NCBI GenBank assembly: GCA_003598025.1 | Contig: QZKH01000006.1 | Location: 247,930-311,929 of the forward strand | Direction of reading: 5' to 3' | Source: Candidatus Omnitrophota bacterium | GTDB lineage: Bacteria > Omnitrophota > Gorgyraeia > Gygaellales > Profunditerraquicolaceae | DNA: 64,000 nucleotides | Part shown: positions 37,509 to 47,735 of the stretch, one piece after another | Layout: each line of letters starts with the position of its first letter | Position numbering within the stretch: position 1 is the stretch's first letter | The notes under the pieces: model-generated | Databases searched by the model: none | Seen by the model: only the letters and a program-made list of their open reading frames with translations | What the model was told of the DNA's origin: nothing | Program-made: the position numbers and the translations under genes

Positions 37509-38287
37509 GATTAAGGGATTCGGGCCAGATCTATTCATGCAATATACAGGGCCTGGATTTAAAAGAAGGCGACTATGTAATAGTGGAGCATGACAGGGGC
37601 CTGGATTACGGCCAAATAGTTAAACCGTGCGACAGGCACGTTCCGGAAGAGTCTAAAGAGCCTTTAAAGAAGATTATCCGCGTTGCTTCCGACAATGATT
37701 TAAAACAAATAGCCGATAATAGGAATAAAGCGAAAGAGGCTTTCATAGCATGTTTAAAGAAGATTGATGAACATAAAATAGATATGAAGCTGGTCCAGGC
37801 AGAATATTCATTCGACCGTAACAAAATAATATTTTATTTTACAGCTTCAGGCCGTGTTGATTTCAGAGAATTAGTCAAGGACCTGGCCAAGATATTTAAG
37901 GCCAGGATTGAGCTTAGGCAGATCGGGGTCAGGGATGAAGCTAAGCTTTTCGGCGGCTTTGGCCCATGCGGCAGGCAGTTGTGTTGCGCAACATTCCTAA
38001 AGGATTTTGAGCCTGTGAGCATAAAGATGGCGAAAGAAGAAGGGCTGCCTCTTAACCCTCCTAAGATATCCGGTATCTGCGGAAGGCTTATGTGTTGTCT
38101 GAATTATGAGTACGAGACTTATAAAATACTCTCGAAGGGCCTGCCCCGCGAAGGGGAGCGTATACATACTACCCAGGGTAAAGGAAAGGTTATAAGCGTG
38201 AATGTATTTAAAAGGAACGCCTTGGTGGAGCTTGAGGACGGTACCCAGATTATTATGAGCTATAAGGAACAGCAGAATGAAAAATAA
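37487..38287 (+). CDS. ricT: PSP1-domain protein (RicT/YaaT-like)
   Basis: PSP1 C-terminal domain with the conserved Cys cluster 'GPCGRQLCCATFL...CGRLMCCLNYE'. Synteny with holB matches Bacillus. Confidence 0.75.
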   Translation: MQKNILVRLRDSGQIYSCNIQGLDLKEGDYVIVEHDRGLDYGQIVKPCDRHVPEESKEPLKKIIRVASDNDLKQIADNRNKAKEAFIACLKKIDEHKIDMKLVQAEYSFDRNKIIFYFTASGRVDFRELVKDLAKIFKARIELRQIGVRDEAKLFGGFGPCGRQLCCATFLKDFEPVSIKMAKEEGLPLNPPKISGICGRLMCCLNYEYETYKILSKGLPREGERIHTTQGKGKVISVNVFKRNALVELEDGTQIIMSYKEQQNEK

Positions 38288-39800
38288 ATTTTATATTACT
38301 ACGCCTATTTACTATGTCAATGCCTCTCCTCATATCGGGCATTCGTATACCAGCATAGCAGCCGATACTTTAGCGCGGCACAACCGCCAGAAGCTTGGCG
38401 CCGGATCCGTGCGTTTCCTTACCGGTACCGATGAGCATGGGCAGAAGATACAGAAAGCGGCGGATGATTCGAAGTTAAAGCCTCAGGAATTTGTAGACAG
38501 GGTGGTGGTGCAATTTAAAGAGCTATGGTCCAGGCTTAATATTTCCTATGATGATTTTATCCGCACTACAGAGCCTAGGCACATATCGACTGTGCAGAAA
38601 GCATTGGAGATATTATATGCTAAAGAGGTTTCCGGCAAGAAGGTGGTTTATTCTTCTGAATACGTAGGCTGGTACTGCACGCCATGCGAGACATTCTGGA
38701 CCGAAACCCAGATTGAAGGCCAATTATGCCCTGATTGCAAGAGGCCGGTAGAAAAAATATCTGAGATAAATTACTTTTTCAGGATATCGATCTATCAGGA
38801 ATGGCTTATTAATTATATAAATAAGAACCCGGGGTTTATCAGGCCAGAGAGCCGCTGTGAGGAAGTTTTGAGTTTCCTGGAGATGAATCAGTTGAGCGAC
38901 CTTTGTATATCCAGGCCGAGAGAACGGTTAAGTTGGGGTATACCTTTGCCTTTTAGCACCGGGCATGTCACATACGTATGGTTCGATGCATTGTTAAATT
39001 ATATAAGCGCGGTAGGTTCATTCGATGAAAACGGAGTGTATAATTCGGAGTGGTGGAACCATGATGTTGAGGTTGTCCATTTGATCGGTAAGGATATACT
39101 CAGGCAGCATGCGGTTTATTGGCCGATAATGCTAAAGGCCCTGGATATAAGACTGCCGGATACTGTCTTTGCGCATGGTTGGTGGCTTATTGATGACAGT
39201 AAGATGTCTAAATCCATTGGGAATGTTATATCTCCGCTTGAGATGGTTGATAAATATGGCATTGACGTTTATAGGTATTTCCTTTTACGCGATGTCCCTT
39301 TCGGGCTTGATGGTAATTTTTCCGAAGACGCTATTATAAAAAGATTCAATAGCGACCTTGCCAATGATCTTGGCAACCTGGTTTTCAGGACATTAAATAT
39401 GGTTGAAAAATATTTCTCCGGGGCTATCCCGGAAATCCCGTTATTAAAAAACAGCATCTCTAAGAGCATAAAAGCAAAAGTTGAAAGCCTGCCGCAAAAG
39501 ACTTCCAAAAGCCTTTTAGCTCCGGATTTTGATTTTGGAGCGGCTATGAACGCTGTGTGGGAGGTCATAAGCATGAGCAATAAATATGTAGAAGAGATCA
39601 AGCCCTGGAATTTAGCTAAGGAGAAGAAAACAGAGGAACTTAAGGAATTTATCAGTATATTGATTATGGTGATAAGGTCTGTTCAGAAAGAAATAGCCCC
39701 TTTTATGCCGCATACCGCAGATTTAATCGGCCAACAGTTAGGCAGCAATACTATCAGCAAGGGTATGCCGCTTTTCCCGCGCATACAGGCAAAAGAATAA
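38277..39800 (+). CDS. metG: Methionyl-tRNA synthetase (short form lacking the C-terminal tRNA-binding domain)
   Basis: 'YITTPIYYVNASPHIGHSYT' HIGH motif, zinc knuckle 'CTPCETF...CPDCKRP' and 'KMSKSIGN'. Confidence 0.9.
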   Translation: MKNKFYITTPIYYVNASPHIGHSYTSIAADTLARHNRQKLGAGSVRFLTGTDEHGQKIQKAADDSKLKPQEFVDRVVVQFKELWSRLNISYDDFIRTTEPRHISTVQKALEILYAKEVSGKKVVYSSEYVGWYCTPCETFWTETQIEGQLCPDCKRPVEKISEINYFFRISIYQEWLINYINKNPGFIRPESRCEEVLSFLEMNQLSDLCISRPRERLSWGIPLPFSTGHVTYVWFDALLNYISAVGSFDENGVYNSEWWNHDVEVVHLIGKDILRQHAVYWPIMLKALDIRLPDTVFAHGWWLIDDSKMSKSIGNVISPLEMVDKYGIDVYRYFLLRDVPFGLDGNFSEDAIIKRFNSDLANDLGNLVFRTLNMVEKYFSGAIPEIPLLKNSISKSIKAKVESLPQKTSKSLLAPDFDFGAAMNAVWEVISMSNKYVEEIKPWNLAKEKKTEELKEFISILIMVIRSVQKEIAPFMPHTADLIGQQLGSNTISKGMPLFPRIQAKE

Positions 39801-39807
39801 TAGGTAT

Positions 39808-40569
39808 ATGTTTGTCGATACGCACTGCCATTTAGACTTTCCGGAATTCGATTCAGACAGAGAATCTGTGATTAAGAACGCTGTTAAAAAAGGCGTTTTA
39901 ACGATGATTAACATAGGTTCTGATATTTTATCCTCGCAAAATTCTGTTAGCCTTGCCGATACTTACGGCTGTATTTATGCATCTGTGGGAATACATCCCC
40001 ATGATGCCGATAGTTTCGACAGCACAGGATTAGAAGCGATTAAGAAGTTGGCTGTCTGCAAAAAAGTTGTTGCTATAGGAGAGATAGGCCTGGATTATTT
40101 CAAGAATTATTCTTCGCAGGATGCGCAGAAGAAGATGTTCGTTGAGCTGGGGGTGTTAGCCGCCCAGCTTCAACTGCCTGTGGTTGTTCATTGCCGTAAT
40201 GCAGAGGAAGACACACTCAGTATCATCAGGGATATTAAACCTGCTAAAGCTGTCATACATTGTTTTTCTGGTGATGAGCAGTTCTTAAAGGAATGCCTGG
40301 ACCTCGGGCTTTTTATTTCCTTTACATGCAATATAACATATAAAAAAGCCGATAAGTTAAGGGCGGTAGTCAAGTTATCGCCATTAAACAGGGTAATGCT
40401 TGAGACAGATGCTCCTTACTTAGCACCTGAAGGTTACCGGGGCAGAAGGAATGATCCGGCTCACATAAGCACTCTTGTAGCCGAGATGGCAAGGATCAAG
40501 GATTTGAGTATTGAAGAGGTAGCTTCTGTAACGACAGCAAATGCAAAGTCATTTTTTGGGTTAAAATGA
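39808..40569 (+). CDS. tatD: TatD-family metal-dependent DNase/hydrolase
   Basis: 'FVDTHCHLDFPEF', 253 aa. Confidence 0.85.
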   Translation: MFVDTHCHLDFPEFDSDRESVIKNAVKKGVLTMINIGSDILSSQNSVSLADTYGCIYASVGIHPHDADSFDSTGLEAIKKLAVCKKVVAIGEIGLDYFKNYSSQDAQKKMFVELGVLAAQLQLPVVVHCRNAEEDTLSIIRDIKPAKAVIHCFSGDEQFLKECLDLGLFISFTCNITYKKADKLRAVVKLSPLNRVMLETDAPYLAPEGYRGRRNDPAHISTLVAEMARIKDLSIEEVASVTTANAKSFFGLK

Positions 40570-41687
40570 ATTCAAAGGTTTCAGTAGTTAAATGTAATGA
40601 TTATAGCCTTGATGCGGTTTATAATAGCGTTAAGGAAGCTGTCGGTATTTTGGGCGGCTTAGATAAATTTATAAGGCCTAAAAGCAGGGTTCTGGTAAAG
40701 CCAAACCTGTTAATGGCTGTACCGCCTGAAACAGCGGTAGTCACTCATCCTTCGGTGGCCAGGGCAGCGATACGTCTGCTTAAGGAGCTTGATTGCCGAG
40801 TGGTTGTTGGTGATGGTCCCAGTGTATGGGGAGGCAATATTGAAAATATCGAAGATGTATATAGGATATCCGGGATAGAGCATGCTTGCAGAGAAGAGGC
40901 GGTAGAGTTAATAGATTTAAAAAAGAGGCGCTGGAGAAAAAAATTCCCTCTGGCAGCAGTATTGGATGAGTGTGATCATGTTGTTAATCTGCCTAAGGTC
41001 AAAACCCACAATTTTACTGTCATGTCTTGCGCAATAAAGAATCTTTTTGGCCTAGTCAGCGGCACATATAAAACAGAGCTGCACAAGATATATTTTGAGC
41101 AAGATGATTTTGCTGATATGCTGGTTGATATATATGAAGAAGTAAAGCCCTGCCTTTCGATTGCAGACGGGATATTGGCTATGGAAGGCGACGGCCCAGG
41201 GACATCGGGTAAGCCCAAGGCACTGAATCTTTTGCTTGCCAGCAGCAATGCAGCGGCTCTGGATTCAGTGGTATCTTTAATAATGGGCATGAACCCGCAA
41301 GATGTGCCGACAATACGTAAGGCAGCCTCCAGGGGCTTAGGGCCGGCGGATATGGATAATATAGAAATACTCGGCCAGGACATAGACAGCATAAAAGATA
41401 AATCATTTTTATTACCGCAGGCCAGTTTTGTTAAGGGAAAGATCCCTAAATCAGTATTAAGGTTAGCTAAAAGCCTTATTAAATATTATCCGTGCGTTGA
41501 AAGGGATAACTGTATATCTTGTGCTGCCTGTATAAGAGCATGCCCTAATAAATGCATATCTTTTAAGAGGGAGATCATTTCTTTTGACTATAAGAATTGT
41601 ATTTCCTGTTTTTGCTGCCAGGAGGTTTGTCCGAAATCAGCGATAAAAACAAAGAAGAGCATCCTGGCTAAATTGATCGGTTTGTAG
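40566..41687 (+). CDS. DUF362-domain protein with a C-terminal 2x[4Fe-4S] ferredoxin module
   Basis: A DUF362-like N-terminal part, then 'CISCAACIRACP' and 'CISCFCCQEVCP' CxxCxxCxxxCP motifs. Confidence 0.7.
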   Translation: MNSKVSVVKCNDYSLDAVYNSVKEAVGILGGLDKFIRPKSRVLVKPNLLMAVPPETAVVTHPSVARAAIRLLKELDCRVVVGDGPSVWGGNIENIEDVYRISGIEHACREEAVELIDLKKRRWRKKFPLAAVLDECDHVVNLPKVKTHNFTVMSCAIKNLFGLVSGTYKTELHKIYFEQDDFADMLVDIYEEVKPCLSIADGILAMEGDGPGTSGKPKALNLLLASSNAAALDSVVSLIMGMNPQDVPTIRKAASRGLGPADMDNIEILGQDIDSIKDKSFLLPQASFVKGKIPKSVLRLAKSLIKYYPCVERDNCISCAACIRACPNKCISFKREIISFDYKNCISCFCCQEVCPKSAIKTKKSILAKLIGL

Positions 41688-41690
41688 AAT

Positions 41691-42329
41691 ATGAGCTTTC
41701 ATTCTAGATTAGCTAGCTTAAGGGACAGGCTTGATCGCGAAATAACTTATGGTACGATTATAAAGGCAATGAAGCTGGCAAGGCAAGGTTTACTTAAAGC
41801 CGAAGAAGCAGGCTTATTGGCAGAGCAAAATTATTTCAGGGGACAAATTGCCCTTTTGCGCAAAAATTACGCTACTGCTATAGAGTATTTTGATTCTGCC
41901 ATCAAACTAAACCCTAAAGACGGAGCTGCTTATAATGACCGGGCTCTGTGTATGGTGGAGCTGGGAATAATAGAAGAAGCGTTTGAGTATTTTGATAAAG
42001 GTATTAATGCCGAACCCGATTATTCAACTGTTTATCATAATAAAGCCTGGTTGTTAAATAATATCGGCCGGTATACGGAATCGGTAGTTTATTTTAATAA
42101 GGCCCTTAGCCTTGATAAGGACAGGGCAGTAACTTATGACGGCTTAGCTGATAGCCTGTATAATTTGGGCGATATAAAGGGGGCATTGAAGGCGTATAAA
42201 AAAACCTTGTCTTTACTTAAAGATGGTCAATGCCGTTCAATAAAAAACCAGATAATTGAAAAAATAAGACTGCTGGAAGGTGAAATCCAGAATCAGGGAG
42301 AATATGGGTATGGGCATAAAGACAATTGA
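41691..42329 (+). CDS. TPR-repeat protein
   Basis: Several 34-aa TPR-like units ('AYNDRALCMVELGIIEEAFEYFDKGINAEPDY', 'TVYHNKAWLLNNIGRYTESVVYFNKALSLD'). Confidence 0.6.
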   Translation: MSFHSRLASLRDRLDREITYGTIIKAMKLARQGLLKAEEAGLLAEQNYFRGQIALLRKNYATAIEYFDSAIKLNPKDGAAYNDRALCMVELGIIEEAFEYFDKGINAEPDYSTVYHNKAWLLNNIGRYTESVVYFNKALSLDKDRAVTYDGLADSLYNLGDIKGALKAYKKTLSLLKDGQCRSIKNQIIEKIRLLEGEIQNQGEYGYGHKDN

Positions 42330-43344
42330 TTGGGCAAATAATAGTATAAAACTTATTGATCAGACACTCTTGCCGGGCCAGTTTAAATATATTTATATTG
42401 ATGATTTAAACGGGATTTGGAATGCAATAAAAGAAATGAAGGTGCGCGGCGCACCTGCCTTAGCTGCAGCTGCGGCTCTTGGTGTTTATGTTGGCTGTAA
42501 GGACAGCAGGGCCCGGAGTTTTAGCGAGTTTAGCGGAGAAGTAAACAGAATAATCGCTTTTATAGGTTTAAGCCGGCCGACTGCCAGGAACCTTTTTTGG
42601 GGCTTGGAGAGGATGCGAAGAGTAGTAACTAATAGTTACGGCTTGAAGCTTGCGGAGATTAAGAATGCTCTATTAAACGAAGCCAGGGCTATAATTAATG
42701 AGGACCGTAAAGCCTGCAGGAGCATCGGAAATCATGGAGCCAAGCTGTTTAAAAACGGGGATAGTGTTCTTACTATCTGTAATACCGGCATATTGGCGAC
42801 CGTGGATTACGGCACTGCCCTGGGAGTGATATATAGCGCAGTTAACAGCGGAAAAAAAATAAAAGTATATGCCTGCGAGACCAGGCCTATGTTCCAAGGA
42901 GCAAGGCTGACCAGCTGGGAATTGAAGAGGCACAAGATCGATGTTACACTGGTATGCGACAGTATGGCAGCAGCCCTTATGAAGCAAGGGAAAATAGATA
43001 AGGTTATAGCTGGCGCTGACAGGATCGCAGCTAATGGAGATACCGCAAATAAAATCGGCACTTACAGCCTGGCAGTATTAAGTAGATATCATAATATACC
43101 TTTCTATATAGCTGCCCCGGAATCAACTATAGATAAAACATTAAGAAGCGGCAAGCATATCGTTATTGAAGAGCGTAACCCTAAGGAGCTGACGGACATG
43201 TTTTTTAAAAAACCAATAGCGCCAAAAGGGGTAAAAGTCTATAATCCAGCTTTTGACATTACCGATAATAAACTGATAAGTGCAATAATCACCGATAAAG
43301 GAACAGTATTTCCACCTTTTAAAAATAAGCTTGTGAGATTGTAA
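42304..43344 (+). CDS. mtnA: Methylthioribose-1-phosphate isomerase (eIF-2B alpha/beta/delta family)
   Basis: 'IKTIDWANNSIKLIDQTLLP...VRGAPALAAAAALG', the MtnA family N-terminus. The start was moved to the ATG at 42304; the track ORF begins at 42280 and overlaps the upstream gene. Confidence 0.75.
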   Translation: MGMGIKTIDWANNSIKLIDQTLLPGQFKYIYIDDLNGIWNAIKEMKVRGAPALAAAAALGVYVGCKDSRARSFSEFSGEVNRIIAFIGLSRPTARNLFWGLERMRRVVTNSYGLKLAEIKNALLNEARAIINEDRKACRSIGNHGAKLFKNGDSVLTICNTGILATVDYGTALGVIYSAVNSGKKIKVYACETRPMFQGARLTSWELKRHKIDVTLVCDSMAAALMKQGKIDKVIAGADRIAANGDTANKIGTYSLAVLSRYHNIPFYIAAPESTIDKTLRSGKHIVIEERNPKELTDMFFKKPIAPKGVKVYNPAFDITDNKLISAIITDKGTVFPPFKNKLVRL

Positions 43345-44256
43345 ATGACAAAAAATAAGCTGATCAGCAGCCTGGGAGAATTTGGCCTTATTAATAGCTT
43401 TAGCAGCAGGATTAAAAATGATTCTTCTGTTTTAGTGGGCCCGGGAGATGATTGTGCTGTGATAAAATGGGACAAGGCTAAATTATTGCTTTTTAGCTGT
43501 GATATGATAATTGAAGGAGTCGATTTCCTGGCTCGGGATAAACCAGAGTTAATAGGCAGAAAGGCTTTGGGGGTATCAATAAGTGATATAGCCGCCTGTT
43601 CAGGCGTCCCAAAATATGCCGTAGTTTCCATCGGGTTGCCCAGAAAATCTAAACTTGAAAAAGCAAAAAGAATATTTAATGGCCTCAATTCTATTGCAAG
43701 AGAATATAGTATTAACATTGTCGGCGGTGACTTAAGCGACAGTGATAGGCTTGTTATTGATACGAGCATATTAGGATTTGTAGAAAAACGCAGGCTTGTA
43801 TTGCGTAGCGGTGCTAAGCCCGGTGATGTTATATTTGTAAGCGGTGCGCTTGGAGCTCTCGGGTCCGGAAAGCATTTTAAATTTATTCCCCGGGTAGAAG
43901 AAGCAAGATACCTGACCGCAAGATTCGATATTAGCGCAATGATAGATATCTCTGACGGCTTGGTGCAGGATTTAAAGCATATAACAGATAGAAGCTCCGT
44001 TGGTGCATTGGTTTATTATTCAAAGATACCACTGGCAAGGGGCGTTAAAGATGCAAGGCGTGCGCTTGCCTCAGGTGAGGAGTTTGAGCTGTTATTTTCT
44101 TTGCCGAAGAAGCAGGCAGCCAAGCTTATCATGGAGAGAAAATATAAATTTACTCCAATAGGAGAGGTAGTTGACAAGAAAAAGGGATTAAAGTTAATCG
44201 GACCTTCAGGCAGGGAAATGGATATTTGCCGATTCAGCGGTTACAGGCATTTTTGA
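43345..44256 (+). CDS. thiL: Thiamine-monophosphate kinase (AIR synthase-related)
   Basis: PurM-like fold and 'GEFGLINSFSSRI...VGPGDDCAV'. Confidence 0.75.
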   Translation: MTKNKLISSLGEFGLINSFSSRIKNDSSVLVGPGDDCAVIKWDKAKLLLFSCDMIIEGVDFLARDKPELIGRKALGVSISDIAACSGVPKYAVVSIGLPRKSKLEKAKRIFNGLNSIAREYSINIVGGDLSDSDRLVIDTSILGFVEKRRLVLRSGAKPGDVIFVSGALGALGSGKHFKFIPRVEEARYLTARFDISAMIDISDGLVQDLKHITDRSSVGALVYYSKIPLARGVKDARRALASGEEFELLFSLPKKQAAKLIMERKYKFTPIGEVVDKKKGLKLIGPSGREMDICRFSGYRHF

Positions 44257-44259
44257 CAT

Positions 44260-44736
44260 ATGAAAATAATTTCTCATTCTCCGGAAAATACCTTTAAACT
44301 TGGAAAGAATCTTGCCCGCTATGTTTCTAAAGGCGACATCATTTGTTTGTCGGGACAGCTGGGTTCGGGAAAGACTGTATTTGTCAAGGGTTTAGCTGCA
44401 GGCTTAGGCATAGATAAAGAAGAGGTTATCAGCCCAACTTTTGTTATAGTCCGTAAATATGAAGGCAGGATTAAGTTGTTCCATTTGGATCTATATAGAA
44501 TAATTATGCCTTTTGAGTTAGCAGATTTAGGCTATGATGAGCTGCTTTATAATGATGCAGTTTCCGCCATAGAATGGCCGGAAAAGCTCGGAAATTTGAT
44601 GCCCGAGAATTTTTTAAAGATAGACATATCTATTATTGATAACGGCAGGATTCTTGGGTTTGTTCCCATGGGCAGGCATTACCAAGAAGTAACCAGGAGC
44701 TTTTATGAGGATATTAGGAATAGACACAAGCAGTAA
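44260..44736 (+). CDS. tsaE: tRNA t6A biosynthesis ATPase TsaE
   Basis: 'LSGQLGSGKTVFVKGLAAGLG' P-loop, about 158 aa. Confidence 0.8.
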   Translation: MKIISHSPENTFKLGKNLARYVSKGDIICLSGQLGSGKTVFVKGLAAGLGIDKEEVISPTFVIVRKYEGRIKLFHLDLYRIIMPFELADLGYDELLYNDAVSAIEWPEKLGNLMPENFLKIDISIIDNGRILGFVPMGRHYQEVTRSFYEDIRNRHKQ

Positions 44737-45379
44737 GAATTTTTCGTTAGGCCTATTTAAAGATGGAAGGGCATATTCATACAATCTGGAGACCGGAGCC
44801 AAATTATCGGGATTAATTCTAGAGGCTATTACTGAGACCGTTAATTCAACCGGATGCAAGATAGGTGAGATCGATTATTTTGCCTGTGGTTTGGGCCCGG
44901 GTTCATTTACAGGCATAAGGATAGGCGTATCTGTCATAAAGGCGCTTAGTTGGTCGCTAAGAAAACCTTCTTTTGGATTTTCCAGCCTTGATGTTATTGC
45001 CAGGAATATGGCGTTTTCAGACGGTTATATTGCAGTCGTTACAGATGCCAAGAGGGGCCTGGTGTATCACGGTTTGTATAGGATAAAAGATCACTCCTGC
45101 CTGAGAGTCGGAAAATTGAAGTTAGCCAATATAGATTCTATCTTAAGCGGTATAAAGCATAAATGCATATTTACCGGAGACGCTATAAGTTTCTATAAAG
45201 AGAAAATCTTAAACAGCCGTAAATGTTCGGCATTAGCTGATAAGGACATGTGGTATCCAAAGGGCCATAATATAATTAATCTATGCTTAGAAAGGGTAAA
45301 GAAACCATTCAAGGAAGATTTGAACCCTATTTATCTGTATCCTGAAAATTGCCAGGTTAAGAGGGTGAATGTATCTTGA
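44705..45379 (+). CDS. tsaB: tRNA t6A biosynthesis protein TsaB (inactive Kae1 paralogue)
   Basis: 'MRILGIDTSSKNFSLGL' ASKHA N-terminus. It overlaps tsaE. Confidence 0.8.
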   Translation: MRILGIDTSSKNFSLGLFKDGRAYSYNLETGAKLSGLILEAITETVNSTGCKIGEIDYFACGLGPGSFTGIRIGVSVIKALSWSLRKPSFGFSSLDVIARNMAFSDGYIAVVTDAKRGLVYHGLYRIKDHSCLRVGKLKLANIDSILSGIKHKCIFTGDAISFYKEKILNSRKCSALADKDMWYPKGHNIINLCLERVKKPFKEDLNPIYLYPENCQVKRVNVS

Positions 45380-45451
45380 GGCTAATTCAATAGTGACGGA
45401 TTTTAATTATTGTATCATTGAGATGAATGTTATTTATATCGGAGCGTATGA

Positions 45452-46576
45452 ATGAAAGATCGGCATGCTATAGGGTTTAGGCCAACATGGGCTGAAATAA
45501 ACCTGAATAACCTTGAGTATAATTTTAAACAGTTATCTAAGATTGTCGGCCCTGGCGTTAAAGTAATGGTTACAGTCAAGGCCGATGCTTATGGCCATGG
45601 GTTGATTAAGGTATCCAAGAAGCTTGAGGCGCTCGGGGTCGATTATCTGGGAGTAGCCTCTATAGATGAAGGCATAATGTTGCGTAAAGCAGGGGTCAAT
45701 ACGCCTATATTAATATTAGGGGTGGTGCTTAAAAATGATATCGGCCCGATATTTGAATATGATCTCAGTGCCACGGTTTGTTCTAAAGAACTGGCAATTG
45801 CCCTGAATAAAAAGGGCAGAATGCTGTTTAAGGCTGCCAAGGTGCATGTAAAGATAGATACTGGCATGAACAGGATAGGCGTATTATCTGAAGACGCAGT
45901 CAGGTTCATAAAATGGCTTAAGAAAATGGAATATATTGATATAGAGGGGGCTTTTACTCATTTAGCATTCGCAGATTTAGACCGTAATTTTACCAATAAA
46001 CAAATAAATATATTTAGCAACATTATAAGTTCTCTTGGCAAAAACAATATCAATATCCCTATAATTCACGCTGCTAATAGCATGGGTGTTATTAATTACA
46101 AAGACAGCCATTTTAATATGGTCAGGCCGGGATTGGTAATATACGGGTTGTATCCTGTCCGCGATCTAAAAATAATACTTAAACCGGTTTTAAGCCTTAA
46201 GACAAAAATAATTTATAAAAAAGTGGTGCCAAAAGGCTCAGGTATCAGCTATGGCCATATCTATATAACAAAAAAAAGGACGACTATAGTCACATTACCG
46301 ATTGGTTATGGAGATGGCTATCCGCGCATTTTATCAAATAAGGCAGATGTTTTAATAGGCGGAAGGCGCTTTAGGATCAGCGGAAGAATATGCATGGACC
46401 AGATTATGGTTGATGTCGGAGATTTTCCTGTTAAGGTTGGCCAGGAAGTGGTTTTGATAGGCAGGCAGTTAAATAATGAAATCAGTGCTGAAGAATTATC
46501 CGTTAAAAGCAGTACCATACCTTATGAGATAGTTTGTGGATTAGGCAGCAGGATACCGAGGGTGTATATAGATTAG
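45452..46576 (+). CDS. alr: Alanine racemase
   Basis: 'VKADAYGHG' PLP-Lys motif, 374 aa. Confidence 0.9.
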   Translation: MKDRHAIGFRPTWAEINLNNLEYNFKQLSKIVGPGVKVMVTVKADAYGHGLIKVSKKLEALGVDYLGVASIDEGIMLRKAGVNTPILILGVVLKNDIGPIFEYDLSATVCSKELAIALNKKGRMLFKAAKVHVKIDTGMNRIGVLSEDAVRFIKWLKKMEYIDIEGAFTHLAFADLDRNFTNKQINIFSNIISSLGKNNINIPIIHAANSMGVINYKDSHFNMVRPGLVIYGLYPVRDLKIILKPVLSLKTKIIYKKVVPKGSGISYGHIYITKKRTTIVTLPIGYGDGYPRILSNKADVLIGGRRFRISGRICMDQIMVDVGDFPVKVGQEVVLIGRQLNNEISAEELSVKSSTIPYEIVCGLGSRIPRVYID

Positions 46577-46631
46577 TTCACTGTTTACAGATCACAGTTC
46601 GCGGAGATAGTTAAATATTGCTGTGAACTAG

Positions 46632-47735
46632 TTAGGGTATTTTACTTATTAAATACAGGCCGATGCTTAGAGCGATGATATGGCTTAGTGTTGCTGCAGT
46701 TAAGGGGGGCAGTACTCCTTTTTTCCCCAAGGCTATACTTACCGCATTCATGCCATAATAGAGGAATCCCATCATAATTGATAACCCCAATGATGATATC
46801 CCCGCAGCACGCCTTCTTATAACGAATGAGAACGGTATCCCCAGGATTATTATTACCAGGCTGGTAAACGGAGAGGCAAATCTCTGGAAGAGCTCTACCT
46901 TGAGGTTGTTTATGACGTTTTCTGCCCCGCTTTTTGACAGCCTCCATATGTAATCATCAATTTGCGCGATGGTCATTAGATCTGTCCGCTGTCTTTGGCT
47001 AAGAAAGTCTTTTGGGGTTTCAGCTATGGCCATTATTTCCTGGTCAAAATAAACCGGCTCATCTTTAATCTGGCCGTTCTGGTCGAAATTATAGGTTATA
47101 CACTGAAAAAATTTCCATAACCCATTCTCATATACCCCTTTAGAGGCCACTATTTTCTTTACTATATTCTGTTTCTGATCTTGCTCGAGTATGGTGATCC
47201 CAAACATGGTATTCGTGGCAACGGAAAATCTCTTAATGAAAAAAAGCCTGTTTCTCAACCCATACATGGAAAGATTAGTGATATCCTCCTGTTTTGTTTC
47301 TGTTGATTTCTTTGGGTTGCTTTTTTCCATATCTTCTTTTATTGCTTCCGTAGTCGCGGAGGCATTCGGGACAAATTTGTCATTTACCCAAAATACAAGC
47401 ATGCTTATTATAGCTCCGAAGAGCACCACTGTTTTAGTAATCTGGAATATACTCATCCCTGCAGAGCGCATTGCAATAAGCTCATTGCTGGTATTTAGCT
47501 TGCTAAAGGTATATAGCGTGCTCAATAGGCATGATATGGGCGTGACTTGGACAAATATTATCGGCAAAAATGAAAGGTAATATTTAATCAATACAGATAA
47601 TCCTACTTTCATTTTAAGGAAATCATCCAAGTGCGAGAATATATCTACGACTACATAGAGGAAAAGGAATGTCAGGGTGCAGCCGATAAATATCCCGACT
47701 ACAGATTTTAAAATATATCTATCTAGTATGCGCAT
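46632..47735 (-). CDS. lptG: LPS export ABC permease, YjgP/YjgQ family (downstream copy, lptG-like)
   Basis: Six-TM YjgP/YjgQ topology with a periplasmic beta-jellyroll loop. It pairs with the adjacent upstream paralogue. Confidence 0.65.
   Translation of the reverse strand: MRILDRYILKSVVGIFIGCTLTFLFLYVVVDIFSHLDDFLKMKVGLSVLIKYYLSFLPIIFVQVTPISCLLSTLYTFSKLNTSNELIAMRSAGMSIFQITKTVVLFGAIISMLVFWVNDKFVPNASATTEAIKEDMEKSNPKKSTETKQEDITNLSMYGLRNRLFFIKRFSVATNTMFGITILEQDQKQNIVKKIVASKGVYENGLWKFFQCITYNFDQNGQIKDEPVYFDQEIMAIAETPKDFLSQRQRTDLMTIAQIDDYIWRLSKSGAENVINNLKVELFQRFASPFTSLVIIILGIPFSFVIRRRAAGISSLGLSIMMGFLYYGMNAVSIALGKKGVLPPLTAATLSHIIALSIGLYLISKIP

Noticed and set aside
46577-46631. Bidirectional terminator between convergent alr and lptG (TCACAG...CTGTGA stem at 46592-46626).
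   Set aside because: The stem is only 6 bp with a 23-nt loop and no flanking U/A tracts, so it is too weak to call.
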